Shown piece after piece: positions 23,816 to 32,000 of a stretch of 32,000 nucleotides of DNA. Positions within the stretch are counted from its first letter, which is position 1. Every line of letters begins with the position of its first letter. The position numbers and the translations under genes are program-made. Below the pieces are notes generated by a model. It had not been told where the DNA came from, searched no databases, and saw only the letters and a list, made by a program, of their open reading frames with translations. The DNA comes from Nitrosopumilus maritimus SCM1 (GTDB lineage: Archaea > Thermoproteota > Nitrososphaeria > Nitrososphaerales > Nitrosopumilaceae), in NCBI RefSeq assembly GCF_000018465.1, contig NC_010085.1, forward strand, positions 180,001-212,000, given 5' to 3'.

Positions 23816-25486
23816 TTAAAACCTAACTCGTCTTACTTTTTTTATTCCAAAAAACAACATTGCTGGTACTGCAAAATAAATTCCAATATTCATCAATATC
23901 ACTCCAACTCCATATCCAAGAACTTGTGATTCTGATTCTGCATATTTCATTACAGACAATGATGATAATAATGGTGTAATTCCAATCTTTATTGCTTCTT
24001 TGAACATTGGATTTTCTCTTTGCATATCTGCAATGTATGGTGAGAATGAATAGTAAATTTGGTTAAATCCAGTCATAAATGACATTCCTGACTCAGTATT
24101 CATTAATTGATTATCACGAATTTCTCTTAAGAGTTGAACTTGTGGTGCCATCTCAGAACCATATGCTGCAGTTGCAATTAGGCAACCGCCCCCATCATTA
24201 CTTTCTATTGGAATAACTGTACATTCTCCATTTACTAGATTTGTTCCTACACCACATTCTCCAAATTCTTTTTCAACAATTTTCGGTTCACCTAATCCCA
24301 CTGCTTCAAAAATTGTCATTTCAGGATATGTTTTATCAAACCAATCTTTGTATGTGATTTCATTATTGTATCTCTCTACATAGTACTGTGGATCTAGATT
24401 AGGATCAACAAATGGTGCCAAGACCTTTGGTTCTTCTAGTCCTACAGCCTGATAAATTGAAGAATATTCTGAATAATTGTCATCAAACCACTTTTTGTAA
24501 CCTTCTTCATCATTGTATCTGTCTACGTAACTTTGAGGATCTTTTGTTTCATCTACAAATGGTGCAGGAATCTCTAGAGGTTCTTCTAGTCCTACAGCCT
24601 GATAAATTGAAGAATATTCTGAATAATTGTCATCAAACCACTTTTTGTAACCTTCTTCATCATTGTATCTGTCTACGTAACTTTGAGGATCTTTTGTTTC
24701 ATCTACAAATGGTGCAGGAATCTCTAATTCTTTTGGCTCAGGTACAGCTTCTTTTGGCTCAGGTACAGCTTCTTTTGGCTCAGGTACAGTTTCTGTTGTT
24801 TCTTTTGGTTCAGGATTTACTGCAACAGGTTCATTGACTGTAATCGTAACTGTTTGTCTATCTGTTTGACTGCCTCTTGTTACAACAATATCAAAAGTGT
24901 ATTCTGCTCCTGGATTATTCCCATGAGATCCTGATGGAGTCCATACAAATTTCCCTGTACTTGAATCAATTGTTGCTCCACTAGGTGGATTTTTTTCTAA
25001 ACTATATACTTCATCTTCAACAGAACTGTCTGTAATACTAACAGTAAATGAAACAGTCTTTAATTCATCAATTTCTTTGTCCGAAATAGGTTTTAATTCC
25101 AAAACAAAATCAGGCATCTCAAAAATTTTCTTTCCATCATATTCAATTTTTATTGTGAGACCTTCTTCTTCTTTTTGACTATCTGTGAATGCTGTTGCAT
25201 TGTATATTCCTTGACTAGAAAAGAAATTTTCTACTGGCCTTGGTATCACAGAAAATTCACCCTGACCAGGTGCTGGATCAGATAGCATTCCTTTAAAATT
25301 CCCACTTGAATCGCGAATTATAATGTATACTGTTTCTTTTCCTTCTTGCTCTCCACTGAAAGTGAAAGTCTCATCTATTGTGTAAAAACTCCTATCTAAT
25401 GAAAATGATGTAACACTAGCATAAGCAGGCGTTAGCATAAGTAAAGATAATGAAAATACTGCAAATATTCCTAATTTTGTATTCAC
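23816..25486 (-). CDS. Secreted, C-terminally membrane-anchored repeat protein
   Basis: The signal peptide is 'MNTKLGIFAVFSLSLLMLTPAYA'. An Ig/cadherin-like segment is 'PPSGATIDSSTGKFVWTPS...YTFDIVV...TVTITVNE'. There are 3x 'VPEPKEA' repeats and 3x roughly 50-aa 'PFVD..DPQ.YV.RYN.E..YK.WFD..Y' repeats. A Cys motif 'GGGCLIATAAYGSEMAPQVQLLREIRD' follows. Terminal TM helices end in the basic tail 'KKVRRVRF'. Confidence 0.7.
   Translation of the reverse strand: MNTKLGIFAVFSLSLLMLTPAYASVTSFSLDRSFYTIDETFTFSGEQEGKETVYIIIRDSSGNFKGMLSDPAPGQGEFSVIPRPVENFFSSQGIYNATAFTDSQKEEEGLTIKIEYDGKKIFEMPDFVLELKPISDKEIDELKTVSFTVSITDSSVEDEVYSLEKNPPSGATIDSSTGKFVWTPSGSHGNNPGAEYTFDIVVTRGSQTDRQTVTITVNEPVAVNPEPKETTETVPEPKEAVPEPKEAVPEPKELEIPAPFVDETKDPQSYVDRYNDEEGYKKWFDDNYSEYSSIYQAVGLEEPLEIPAPFVDETKDPQSYVDRYNDEEGYKKWFDDNYSEYSSIYQAVGLEEPKVLAPFVDPNLDPQYYVERYNNEITYKDWFDKTYPEMTIFEAVGLGEPKIVEKEFGECGVGTNLVNGECTVIPIESNDGGGCLIATAAYGSEMAPQVQLLREIRDNQLMNTESGMSFMTGFNQIYYSFSPYIADMQRENPMFKEAIKIGITPLLSSLSVMKYAESESQVLGYGVGVILMNIGIYFAVPAMLFFGIKKVRRVRF
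24429..24726. repeat. Perfect tandem duplication with a 150-bp period; 148 bp are identical (24429-24576 = 24579-24726), inside the CDS
   Basis: A base-by-base comparison of the two copies found them identical. A third, diverged copy lies at about 24285-24428. Confidence 0.9.
24728..24790. repeat. 3 x 21-bp tandem repeat (ttcttttggctcaggtacagc) encoding VPEPKEA units
   Basis: Units at 24728-24748 and 24749-24769 are identical. The unit at 24770-24790 differs only in its last base. Confidence 0.9.
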
Positions 25487-25564
25487 AAAACTCCTTTGTC
25501 TTTTAGCCTTTTAAAAAACACGTATAATTTCTTCTAGAGATTTGCAAAGAAATCTTCACAAAAA

Positions 25565-25981
25565 TTACAAATCAAGCAAAAATCTCATAAACACCCCTCC
25601 ATTTTGTTTGATTTCCATGTCATAAAATGTTGGAGCCTTTATTTCCACTTTGAAATTGTGTTTTTTAAAATCAAGCGGTTCACCATATGCTGTTGCATTT
25701 ATTTTATAATCTTGGTTTTGAGTTATATCAAATTCTATTCTTTTAATTGCAAATCCTTCTGTAATTAACAAAAAAGGAATTTCTTCTAACCAACTAAATA
25801 ACAAATATCTCAAGTCTTTTCCTTCTGCAACAAATTTTCTTTGTTCTTTCTCTTCTACTTTGTCTTGATCAAGTGTTAAATTAATTACAGCATCAGCTGT
25901 TACTGAAAATGCTTCTTGAAGATCTTTTGCTGTAACTTCAATGATTGCATCTGTTGCATGGTCTACAAACTTGTAACTCAA
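25565..25981 (-). CDS. Archease
   Basis: The N-terminus 'YKFVDHATDAIIEV' matches the archease 'H.AD' motif. The protein is 138 aa and ends 'KAPTFYDMEI...'. The start is TTG. Confidence 0.8.
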   Translation of the reverse strand: MSYKFVDHATDAIIEVTAKDLQEAFSVTADAVINLTLDQDKVEEKEQRKFVAEGKDLRYLLFSWLEEIPFLLITEGFAIKRIEFDITQNQDYKINATAYGEPLDFKKHNFKVEIKAPTFYDMEIKQNGGVFMRFLLDL

Positions 25982-26023
25982 TTGTATGTTTTGACCTCTT
26001 TCTAATTATTAATCTAGTTGGTG

Positions 26024-26416
26024 TTACTTTGCTTTATCATCCATCTCGATGATTCCAAATGCATTCATTTCCGTATCTGTACACTGTGCAAACCATCCCA
26101 CTTTAGGAATTGCCATTTTTGGAACAATTATCTGTCCACCTTTCTCAACAATTTTCTTTGAAAATTCATCAATTGATGGAACCGTAATTGTATTTGTTAT
26201 GCCTATTTGCCCCGGAATTCTCTTTGACAATCCTCCATTAATTCCAGGTTTTTCTTCAGAACCTGTGTTGATTACCCAATAATCTATTGGTCCGTCCCAC
26301 TTTTCAAATTTCCAATCAAAAACTTCTTTGTAGAATTTTTGAGTTCTTTCTGGATTGTCTGATGGAATATCAAAATGTGAAACTCTTGGCATAATTCTCT
26401 CCCAACTTCTAGTCAT
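26024..26416 (-). CDS. VOC (glyoxalase/bleomycin-resistance/dioxygenase) family protein
   Basis: 'VSHFDIPSDNPERTQKFYKEVFDWKF' and 'GWFAQCTDTEMNAFGI' are typical VOC beta-alpha-beta-beta-beta modules. An alternative ATG lies at 26392 (MPRVSHF). Confidence 0.75.
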   Translation of the reverse strand: MTRSWERIMPRVSHFDIPSDNPERTQKFYKEVFDWKFEKWDGPIDYWVINTGSEEKPGINGGLSKRIPGQIGITNTITVPSIDEFSKKIVEKGGQIIVPKMAIPKVGWFAQCTDTEMNAFGIIEMDDKAK

Positions 26417-26482
26417 AAAATAATTTCTAATTCTATTTTTTACTCGTAAAGTAATTTAATACGATTTTATTTTCAGAATCAA

Positions 26483-27019
26483 ATGGAACCATTTGATTCA
26501 TTTCTTGTATTTATTACAGAATTTTTAGGGAATCATCTCTATGAGGGTATTTTTTTGGCAGCTTTAGTTGAAACTATAGTTCCTCCAATTCCTACTTTGG
26601 CAGTTTTTCCAACAGCTGGCTTTCTAGCTTCCCAACAAGGAATTCCTCTTATTGGTATAATACCTATGATAATTCTTGGTGCAACTGGTGCTACGATAGG
26701 AACCTCTTCGATTTACTTTATAGCCCTAAAACTTGGTAGAGCCGTTTTACTGCGTTATCTAAAACACTTTAGAATATCTGAAAAAAAATTAGTTCGTGTT
26801 GAGGATTGGTTTGAAAAATATGGTGATAAGGCTGTCTTCCTTGGAAGAATGGTTCCTGTTATGCGTGAAATGATTTCAGTTCCTGCAGGATTACTTAAAA
26901 TGAAAATCCCAAAATTCATTTTGTATACATTTGCAGGTTCTTGTATTTGGTCTACTGGAACCATTTTATCTGGATATTATTTTGGAGAGGCAATGGGACT
27001 TGCAACTAGTCAAATTTAG
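26483..27019 (+). CDS. DedA/SNARE-associated family membrane protein
   Basis: The DedA core motif 'FLGRMVPVMREMISVPAGLLKMK' is present, with flanking TM helices. Confidence 0.8.
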   Translation: MEPFDSFLVFITEFLGNHLYEGIFLAALVETIVPPIPTLAVFPTAGFLASQQGIPLIGIIPMIILGATGATIGTSSIYFIALKLGRAVLLRYLKHFRISEKKLVRVEDWFEKYGDKAVFLGRMVPVMREMISVPAGLLKMKIPKFILYTFAGSCIWSTGTILSGYYFGEAMGLATSQI

Positions 27020-27208
27020 ACTTGTTCAAAATCCCTGTCTAAATTTACTCCAATTAATTCGGCCCATTTTGCCAATTTTTCAATAAATTCTGTATCTTCT
27101 TGTGTAAACATGATTTTTAATGGAATAATTACATAAAAGAAATTACTAATCAATCGTTCATTATTTTAAAAAAATTGAAAACTGCCTAGTTCTGCATATT
27201 TATGTCAA

Positions 27209-27394
27209 CTAGCTTTCTTTAATTAGTGACTTTATGCCAGAAATACTTTCTGCGTTAAGTTCAATTTCTTTATGTTCTGCTAAGACATGCTCTGTAACTA
27301 TTGTCATCAATTCTTCTTCAGTATCTGCTGATGCTGACCATCCGCAATCTTTGCCTGCATCTTTACAACTAATGGTTTTTGCCATACTTTTCAT
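27209..27394 (-). CDS. DUF1059-family small protein
   Basis: 'MAKTISCKDAGKDCGWSASADTEEELMTIVTEHVLAEHK' fits the recalled DUF1059 pattern (C.D.G.DC...EEL...H). The start may be the ATG at 27385. Confidence 0.6.
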   Translation of the reverse strand: MKSMAKTISCKDAGKDCGWSASADTEEELMTIVTEHVLAEHKEIELNAESISGIKSLIKES

Positions 27395-27467
27395 AAATTT
27401 TCGAGATATTTATCTGATTTTACAGTAAAGAAATATCTAAATCATAACACCTTATCAAATAATCATC

Positions 27468-28751
27468 ATGGAACTTCCAAGAGGTATGAAAGACTTTGAG
27501 GCTAATGAAAATTCAAACATTGAACATGTAAGAAATCATTTCAAAAAATTATCTAATTTGTATGGCTTTTCATTCATGGAACCCTCTGTTTTAGAATCCT
27601 TATCTACACTTGAAACCAAATCTGGTCCTGCAATAAGAGACGAAATCTATTATTTCAAAGATAAAGGTGATCGTGAGGTTGCTTTGCGTTTTGATTTTAC
27701 AATGGGTTTGACAAGATATGCAACTGCTCAAAAATCAATGAAACTTCCTGCAAAAATTTCTGCATTTGGAGGAGTATTTCGATATGATGAACCTCAAAAA
27801 GGAAGATATCGATATTTTCATCAATGGGATGTTGAAGTTTATGGCAAGAAAACTTTAGAATCTGAGGCTGAAATTATTGAATTAACCTCACGATTGTTTG
27901 ATTCTTTGTTGCTTAAGGATATTGTAATTGACATTAATCACCGAAATCTTGTTGAATCATACATTAACAAAATATTTGACATAACAGATTCTGACAAAGT
28001 AACAGATATTCTAAGAGCAATAGACAAAATTGCTAAAAAATCAAAAGATGAAATCTTGACTGAATTTACTAAAAAAGGATACGACACTGCCAAACTTGAA
28101 AAAATTCTAGAATTCTCTCAAGTAAAGGGTACAATTTCTGAAGTTGAAAAAATTTTTGATACTACACAACTAGAATCATGGGATGAATTAAAACAACTTT
28201 TTGATTCATTAGAAAATAGAGGAGTTTCCAACGTTCGAATTAATTTTGGTATAGTCCGTGGGTTGGATTATTATTCTGGAATGGTCTTTGAAGTTTTTGA
28301 TAAAAATTCAAAACTTGGTGCATTAGCTGGTGGGGGAAGATATGATACATTAACAAAAGCATTTGGAAGAGATGATATTGGTGCTACTGGTGTTGCAGGT
28401 GGAGTTGAGAGAATTATTCTTACAATGCAAGAACAAAAAATAATTCCTGAAATTTTACAAAATAGAGTTGCAGTTGTTTACATCAATGAAGAGATGCAAA
28501 AAGTTGCTCACTCCATCACATCATTATTGCGGTTAAACAACATTCCTGCTGATATTGATCTTGCAGGACGTAATCTAAAAAAACAGATGGATAATGCTGG
28601 AACTGCTAGATACTCTATAATTGTTGGACCTCAAGAACTTGAAAATGGAAATGTTGTCTTGCATGACATGAAAGATGGAAAAGAAGGTACTATCTCTCTA
28701 GAAAAATTAACCGAAGATCCTAATTCTGTTCTTAATTTAGAAAAGCTCTAG
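27468..28751 (+). CDS. hisS: Histidyl-tRNA synthetase
   Basis: 'PRGMKDF' is present. Motif 2 is 'FRYDEPQKGRYRYFHQWDVE' and motif 3 is 'GGGRYD'. An anticodon-binding C-domain is present. Confidence 0.9.
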   Translation: MELPRGMKDFEANENSNIEHVRNHFKKLSNLYGFSFMEPSVLESLSTLETKSGPAIRDEIYYFKDKGDREVALRFDFTMGLTRYATAQKSMKLPAKISAFGGVFRYDEPQKGRYRYFHQWDVEVYGKKTLESEAEIIELTSRLFDSLLLKDIVIDINHRNLVESYINKIFDITDSDKVTDILRAIDKIAKKSKDEILTEFTKKGYDTAKLEKILEFSQVKGTISEVEKIFDTTQLESWDELKQLFDSLENRGVSNVRINFGIVRGLDYYSGMVFEVFDKNSKLGALAGGGRYDTLTKAFGRDDIGATGVAGGVERIILTMQEQKIIPEILQNRVAVVYINEEMQKVAHSITSLLRLNNIPADIDLAGRNLKKQMDNAGTARYSIIVGPQELENGNVVLHDMKDGKEGTISLEKLTEDPNSVLNLEKL

Positions 28752-29397
28752 TTAACATCATGATCTCTGGACCTGTAGTTAATGACCCCACTATGATGCA
28801 ATTATTGTTGGCTAGAATGCCTGATGATACATATGGAATTCCATTATTGATGGAACTTTGTTCTATTTTTACGCCTAATAAATTGGAAAATGTCTTCATA
28901 TCTTCCTCATCTGCTTCTGGATGGATAGCAGCTCCTGAATTGTTTGCTACCATTACGACTCCTGTTTGATTGAAACCCGCAATTTTCTTCTGAATCGTTT
29001 CAACACCTAATACATCTGATATGGTTTGACAATCTTCTTTTGACAACCATGGTGATACCACAGCTCCTTTATCATTAGCACAAATTACATTTCCTAATGC
29101 TGTTAATTTTGAATCTAACACACCTACTTCTAAATCCAATTCTTTTTTGAGAAAATCAAATTCATTTTGATATGCCGTTTTTGGTAACAAAATCCCTTTG
29201 TTATTCATTATACACAATGCTCCAATTAATCTGGTGTTTGCAATTGATGTGAAAAGATAGTTTACTCCAAGATATTTTGCCAGTTTCTCTGCTTTGGTTT
29301 TTGCAAATCCCATTGGAAGTAAAATTGTATTATCGTTAACACTAATGTAAACTCCAATGTTTGGACCACGATACACATCAAATTTGATAATATCCAT
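28732..29397 (-). CDS. eif6: Translation initiation factor 6 (aIF6)
   Basis: 'GPNIGVY' and repeated pentein-fold segments are present, and the length is about 221 aa. I chose the ATG at 29397 (MDIIKF...) over the GTG at 29403. The 3' end overlaps the hisS 3' end by 20 nt. Confidence 0.9.
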   Translation of the reverse strand: MDIIKFDVYRGPNIGVYISVNDNTILLPMGFAKTKAEKLAKYLGVNYLFTSIANTRLIGALCIMNNKGILLPKTAYQNEFDFLKKELDLEVGVLDSKLTALGNVICANDKGAVVSPWLSKEDCQTISDVLGVETIQKKIAGFNQTGVVMVANNSGAAIHPEADEEDMKTFSNLLGVKIEQSSINNGIPYVSSGILANNNCIIVGSLTTGPEIMMLTRAFLN

Positions 29398-29471
29398 ATC
29401 CACAAAATTGATCGTACAGCGTTATGAACGTAAGGGATCTATTCATGAGTAGAATTATAGAATTTAACTAG

Positions 29472-29488
29472 TCTAGCTTTAAATAATA
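29472..29488 (+). promoter_or_regulatory. Putative BRE/TATA promoter module tctagctttaaataata, 36 nt upstream of the ferredoxin-1 ATG
   Basis: The identical 17-mer occurs at the same distance (36 nt) from the ferredoxin-2 ATG (30077-30093). The TATA-like TTTAAATA core sits about 27-30 nt before the ATG, which implies a very short leader or none. Confidence 0.45.
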
Positions 29489-29489
29489 A

Positions 29490-29999
<510 letters not shown>

Positions 30000-30001
30000 A
30001 A

Positions 30002-30040
30002 TCTAAAATTATTTTTAGAATTTTTATTTTTGTTGATTTT
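30002..30040 (+). terminator. Possible terminator, a hairpin followed by oligo-T tracts
   Basis: The stem TCTAAAA (30002-30008) pairs with TTTTAGA (30013-30019) around a 4-nt loop. It is followed by 'atttttatttttgttgattttt', directly after the ferredoxin-1 stop. Confidence 0.3.
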
Positions 30041-30076
30041 TGTCGATCTATTCTAGTTTAGTCACGACTAATTTTA

Positions 30077-30093
30077 TCTAGCTTTAAATAATA
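30077..30093 (+). promoter_or_regulatory. Putative BRE/TATA promoter module tctagctttaaataata, 36 nt upstream of the ferredoxin-2 ATG
   Basis: This is an exact copy of the 29472-29488 element at identical spacing from the start codon. Confidence 0.45.
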
Positions 30094-30112
30094 TTTTAAA
30101 ATAAAATATTTC

Positions 30113-30649
30113 ATGCCAATAGATGAGAAATTTGTTGAAAATCTAGAAGTCACTGGAAAGACATTGCACTCAGATGGTGAAAATAAACACTTCATCTGGG
30201 GTAGCGGCAGAACTGATGGTGAGGCATTTTCAAACGATGATGTCAAAGCAGCATATGAAGCAAGAGGAGAAGAACAAGTTCCTCTTGGAATTCACGGTAC
30301 AACTGTAGCAGTTGACTGGGATTCTTGTGTTGCAGCAGGTTCTTGTATGAGTGTCTGTCCTGTTCAAACCTTCCAATGGTATAGAACTGAAAAAGATATC
30401 CCAGCAAAAGATGTCAATGGTGCAACTTTTGACGGAACTGGTTTAACTGAACAAGATGAACGTCTAGATTATACAGATAAATCACAACCAATCAGAGAAC
30501 ACGATTGTACACAATGTATGGCTTGCCAAGAAGCATGTCCAACACACGCAATCTTGATTGAACCATCTTACCAAGAGTATCACGAAAAAGCTGATGGCTC
30601 TTATGTAAAAATGGAATCAAGCTCTGTAAATCCACACGCACACGATTAA
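30113..30649 (+). CDS. Dicluster ferredoxin, Sulfolobus-type (paralog 2) with a C-terminal extension
   Basis: 'CVAAGSCMSVCPVQTFQW' is CxxAxxCxxxCP and 'CTQCMACQEACP' is the second cluster motif. '[14 protein letters not shown]' closely resembles the recalled Sulfolobus 'GIHGTIVGVDFDLC'. An extra tail ends '...SSSVNPHAHD'. Confidence 0.8.
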   Translation: MPIDEKFVENLEVTGKTLHSDGENKHFIWGSGRTDGEAFSNDDVKAAYEARGEEQVPLGIHGTTVAVDWDSCVAAGSCMSVCPVQTFQWYRTEKDIPAKDVNGATFDGTGLTEQDERLDYTDKSQPIREHDCTQCMACQEACPTHAILIEPSYQEYHEKADGSYVKMESSSVNPHAHD

Positions 30650-30729
30650 AGAAATTTTTTCTTTTTTCTTATTTTTACAAATTCAATACAGACTCAACAA
30701 ATTTTAATGTCTATAATCCATAATTTTTT

Positions 30730-30813
30730 GCAGAGGTCGCCTAGCTCGGTAGGGCGCGGGCCTTGAGAGCCTGTGTGCGCAAGCATACGGGGGTTCAAAT
30801 CCCTCTCTCTGCG
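30730..30813 (+). tRNA. tRNA-Ser (anticodon UGA), class II
   Basis: It was folded by hand. The acceptor is GCAGAGG/TCTCTGC. The anticodon stem is CGGGC/GCCTG with loop CTTGAGA. It has a 15-nt variable arm (TGTGC-GCAA-GCATA) and a T arm GGGGG-TTCAAAT-CCCTC. The discriminator is G, followed by T5. Confidence 0.85.
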
Positions 30814-30816
30814 TTT

Positions 30817-31767
30817 TTAATTTTCTACTTTGGCAAGTTCTGCAAGCATTGCAGATAGTTGGATTTCAGAATTTGAACCAACTAAAATTCTATAATCATA
30901 TTTTGCAATAATTTCTAAAATATCTGATAACTTGTCATGTTTTGATTTGAAGACTGCGGAATTCAAATATTTCAAAAAATCTGATTCTGACATTCCATAA
31001 ACTTTGATTAATTCAATCATCTTTTCTCTGGCCTCTGGAACTTTTCCTGATAATGCAATTTTTAGAACTTCATCTACATCTGTAGTTTTTGTCAATCCAG
31101 CAGATGCTTTTACGTTATCTTCTGAAATTGAACCTAAACTTGCAGTAGCTTGCATGAGATTTATTGCATGTCTCAAATCCCCTTCAGAATAATCATAAAT
31201 TGCCTTTAACCCCTTTTTGTCTGCCTTTACCTTTTCTTTTTTGGCAATCTCTTCTAGTCTTTTTATGACATCTTCTTCAGGAACTGCCGTAAATTTGAAA
31301 GTAGCACATCTACTCTGAATAGGATCAATAATTTTTGAGATGTTGTTTGCAATCAAGATAAATCTACATATTTTTGCAGTATCTTCAATAATTCTTCTAA
31401 GTGCTGTTTGAGCATCAGAAGTCATTTCATCAGCTTCATCTAAAATTATAATTTTGAATGGAACATCTGCCATGCCTGCATATCTTGAAAACTTTTTCAC
31501 CTTTTCTCTGACCATTCCAATTCCTCTTTCATCAGATGCGTTTAGTTCTAAGGTGTAATCCTTAGCATAATCCCCTAAAATCTGTCTGGAGATACATAAT
31601 GCAGTTGTTGTTTTTCCAACACCAGCTGATCCAGAAAATAATAGGTGAGGCATATCTGTAGGATCTTTGATTAAAGCTTCAAGACTTCCAATAATTTCTG
31701 TTTGATTAACTACTTCAGAAAGTTTCATTGGTCGATATTTTTCTACCCACATTCCAGTTGCAGCCAT
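30817..31767 (-). CDS. rfcS: Replication factor C small subunit
   Basis: 'WVEKYRP' is present. Walker A is 'GSAGVGKTT', Walker B is 'ILDEADEMT' and the SRC motif is 'IQSRCATFKF'. I chose the ATG at 31767 (MAATGMWVEKYRP). The ORF-track start at 31785 is TTG, and the ATG at 31752 is also possible. Confidence 0.9.
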   Translation of the reverse strand: MAATGMWVEKYRPMKLSEVVNQTEIIGSLEALIKDPTDMPHLLFSGSAGVGKTTTALCISRQILGDYAKDYTLELNASDERGIGMVREKVKKFSRYAGMADVPFKIIILDEADEMTSDAQTALRRIIEDTAKICRFILIANNISKIIDPIQSRCATFKFTAVPEEDVIKRLEEIAKKEKVKADKKGLKAIYDYSEGDLRHAINLMQATASLGSISEDNVKASAGLTKTTDVDEVLKIALSGKVPEAREKMIELIKVYGMSESDFLKYLNSAVFKSKHDKLSDILEIIAKYDYRILVGSNSEIQLSAMLAELAKVEN

Positions 31768-31882
31768 ATGAGTACATGGAAGCAATTCCCACTAATAAAT
31801 CCGAATTGGTTATTGTATCATCCCCCATTATTCAAATCAAAATTATTCGTAAACTTGTGTGCGATCAGGCTCAAGTTAATTT

Positions 31883-31896
31883 AGATCAATTGATCT
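31883..31896. repeat. Perfect 14-bp palindrome AGATCAATTGATCT within a GATC-dense intergenic region
   Basis: The sequence equals its own reverse complement. It is embedded in a 97-bp stretch that contains 8 GATC tetramers. Confidence 0.9.
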
Positions 31897-32000
31897 CACC
31901 AAATTGTAAAAAGAATTGATCGATCCGAAACTTGAGGATCTTCAAGATGATCAGTGATCTCTAATGGAAATAGATAAAGTAGAAAAAGTACATTCGATTG

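Noticed and set aside
24412-24837. The 141-aa ORF on the + strand with an internally repeated sequence, and the idea that the 150-bp/21-bp repeats might be a CRISPR-like or satellite array
   Set aside because: The ORF is the antisense shadow of the repeat-containing surface-protein gene. The repeats are in-frame coding repeats with no spacers, so this is not a CRISPR array.
27016-27111. A 31-codon minus-strand ORF (MFTQEDTEFIEKLAKWAELIGVNLDRDFEQV*) in the 189-bp gap between the DedA and DUF1059 genes, with a TATA-like 'ttttatgtaa' about 30 nt upstream
   Set aside because: Its composition is protein-like, but it is far too short to support without conservation or expression evidence. It is not reported as a feature and is worth a tBLASTN check only.

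Overview
This is a compact, AT-rich archaeal chromosomal segment with about 90% coding density and many abutting or overlapping genes. It carries an archaeal informational core: L7Ae-S28e-L24e-NDK-aIF5B, Sm-L37e, aIF6, HisRS and the RFC small subunit. It also carries an ADP-forming acyl-CoA synthetase next to 4-hydroxybutyryl-CoA dehydratase, the signature pair of the thaumarchaeal 3-hydroxypropionate/4-hydroxybutyrate CO2-fixation cycle. Together these point to an ammonia-oxidizing thaumarchaeon, Nitrosopumilus-like; this is recalled from memory and not searched. I support about 45 protein genes, including two below the 60-aa ORF-track cutoff: ribosomal protein L37e and a 48-aa zinc ribbon. 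I also support three hand-folded tRNAs: Ala-CGC, Leu-UAG with encoded CCA, and Ser-UGA. I saw no transposase, integrase, CRISPR array or recognisable defence genes, so this reads as core genome rather than an island. The items most worth a second look are listed below.
- A complete AmmeMemoRadiSam triad (function unknown) is divergently arranged around a 33-bp intergenic region.
- A GATC/TGATC cluster with a perfect 14-bp palindrome lies at the right window edge, next to RFC-S.
- A 556-aa secreted, membrane-anchored protein has a perfectly duplicated 148-bp coding unit, 21-bp repeats and a conserved Cys-containing C-terminal module.
- Three proteins share a C-terminal double-CxxC zinc ribbon and cluster around a thioredoxin gene.
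- Two tandem Sulfolobus-type ferredoxin paralogs have identical promoter modules.
- An unusually long 295-bp intergenic region contains a GC-rich structured island and is a candidate ncRNA.
- A 4-gene cluster (wHTH regulator, two membrane proteins, mini RNase H-like protein) is present on one strand.
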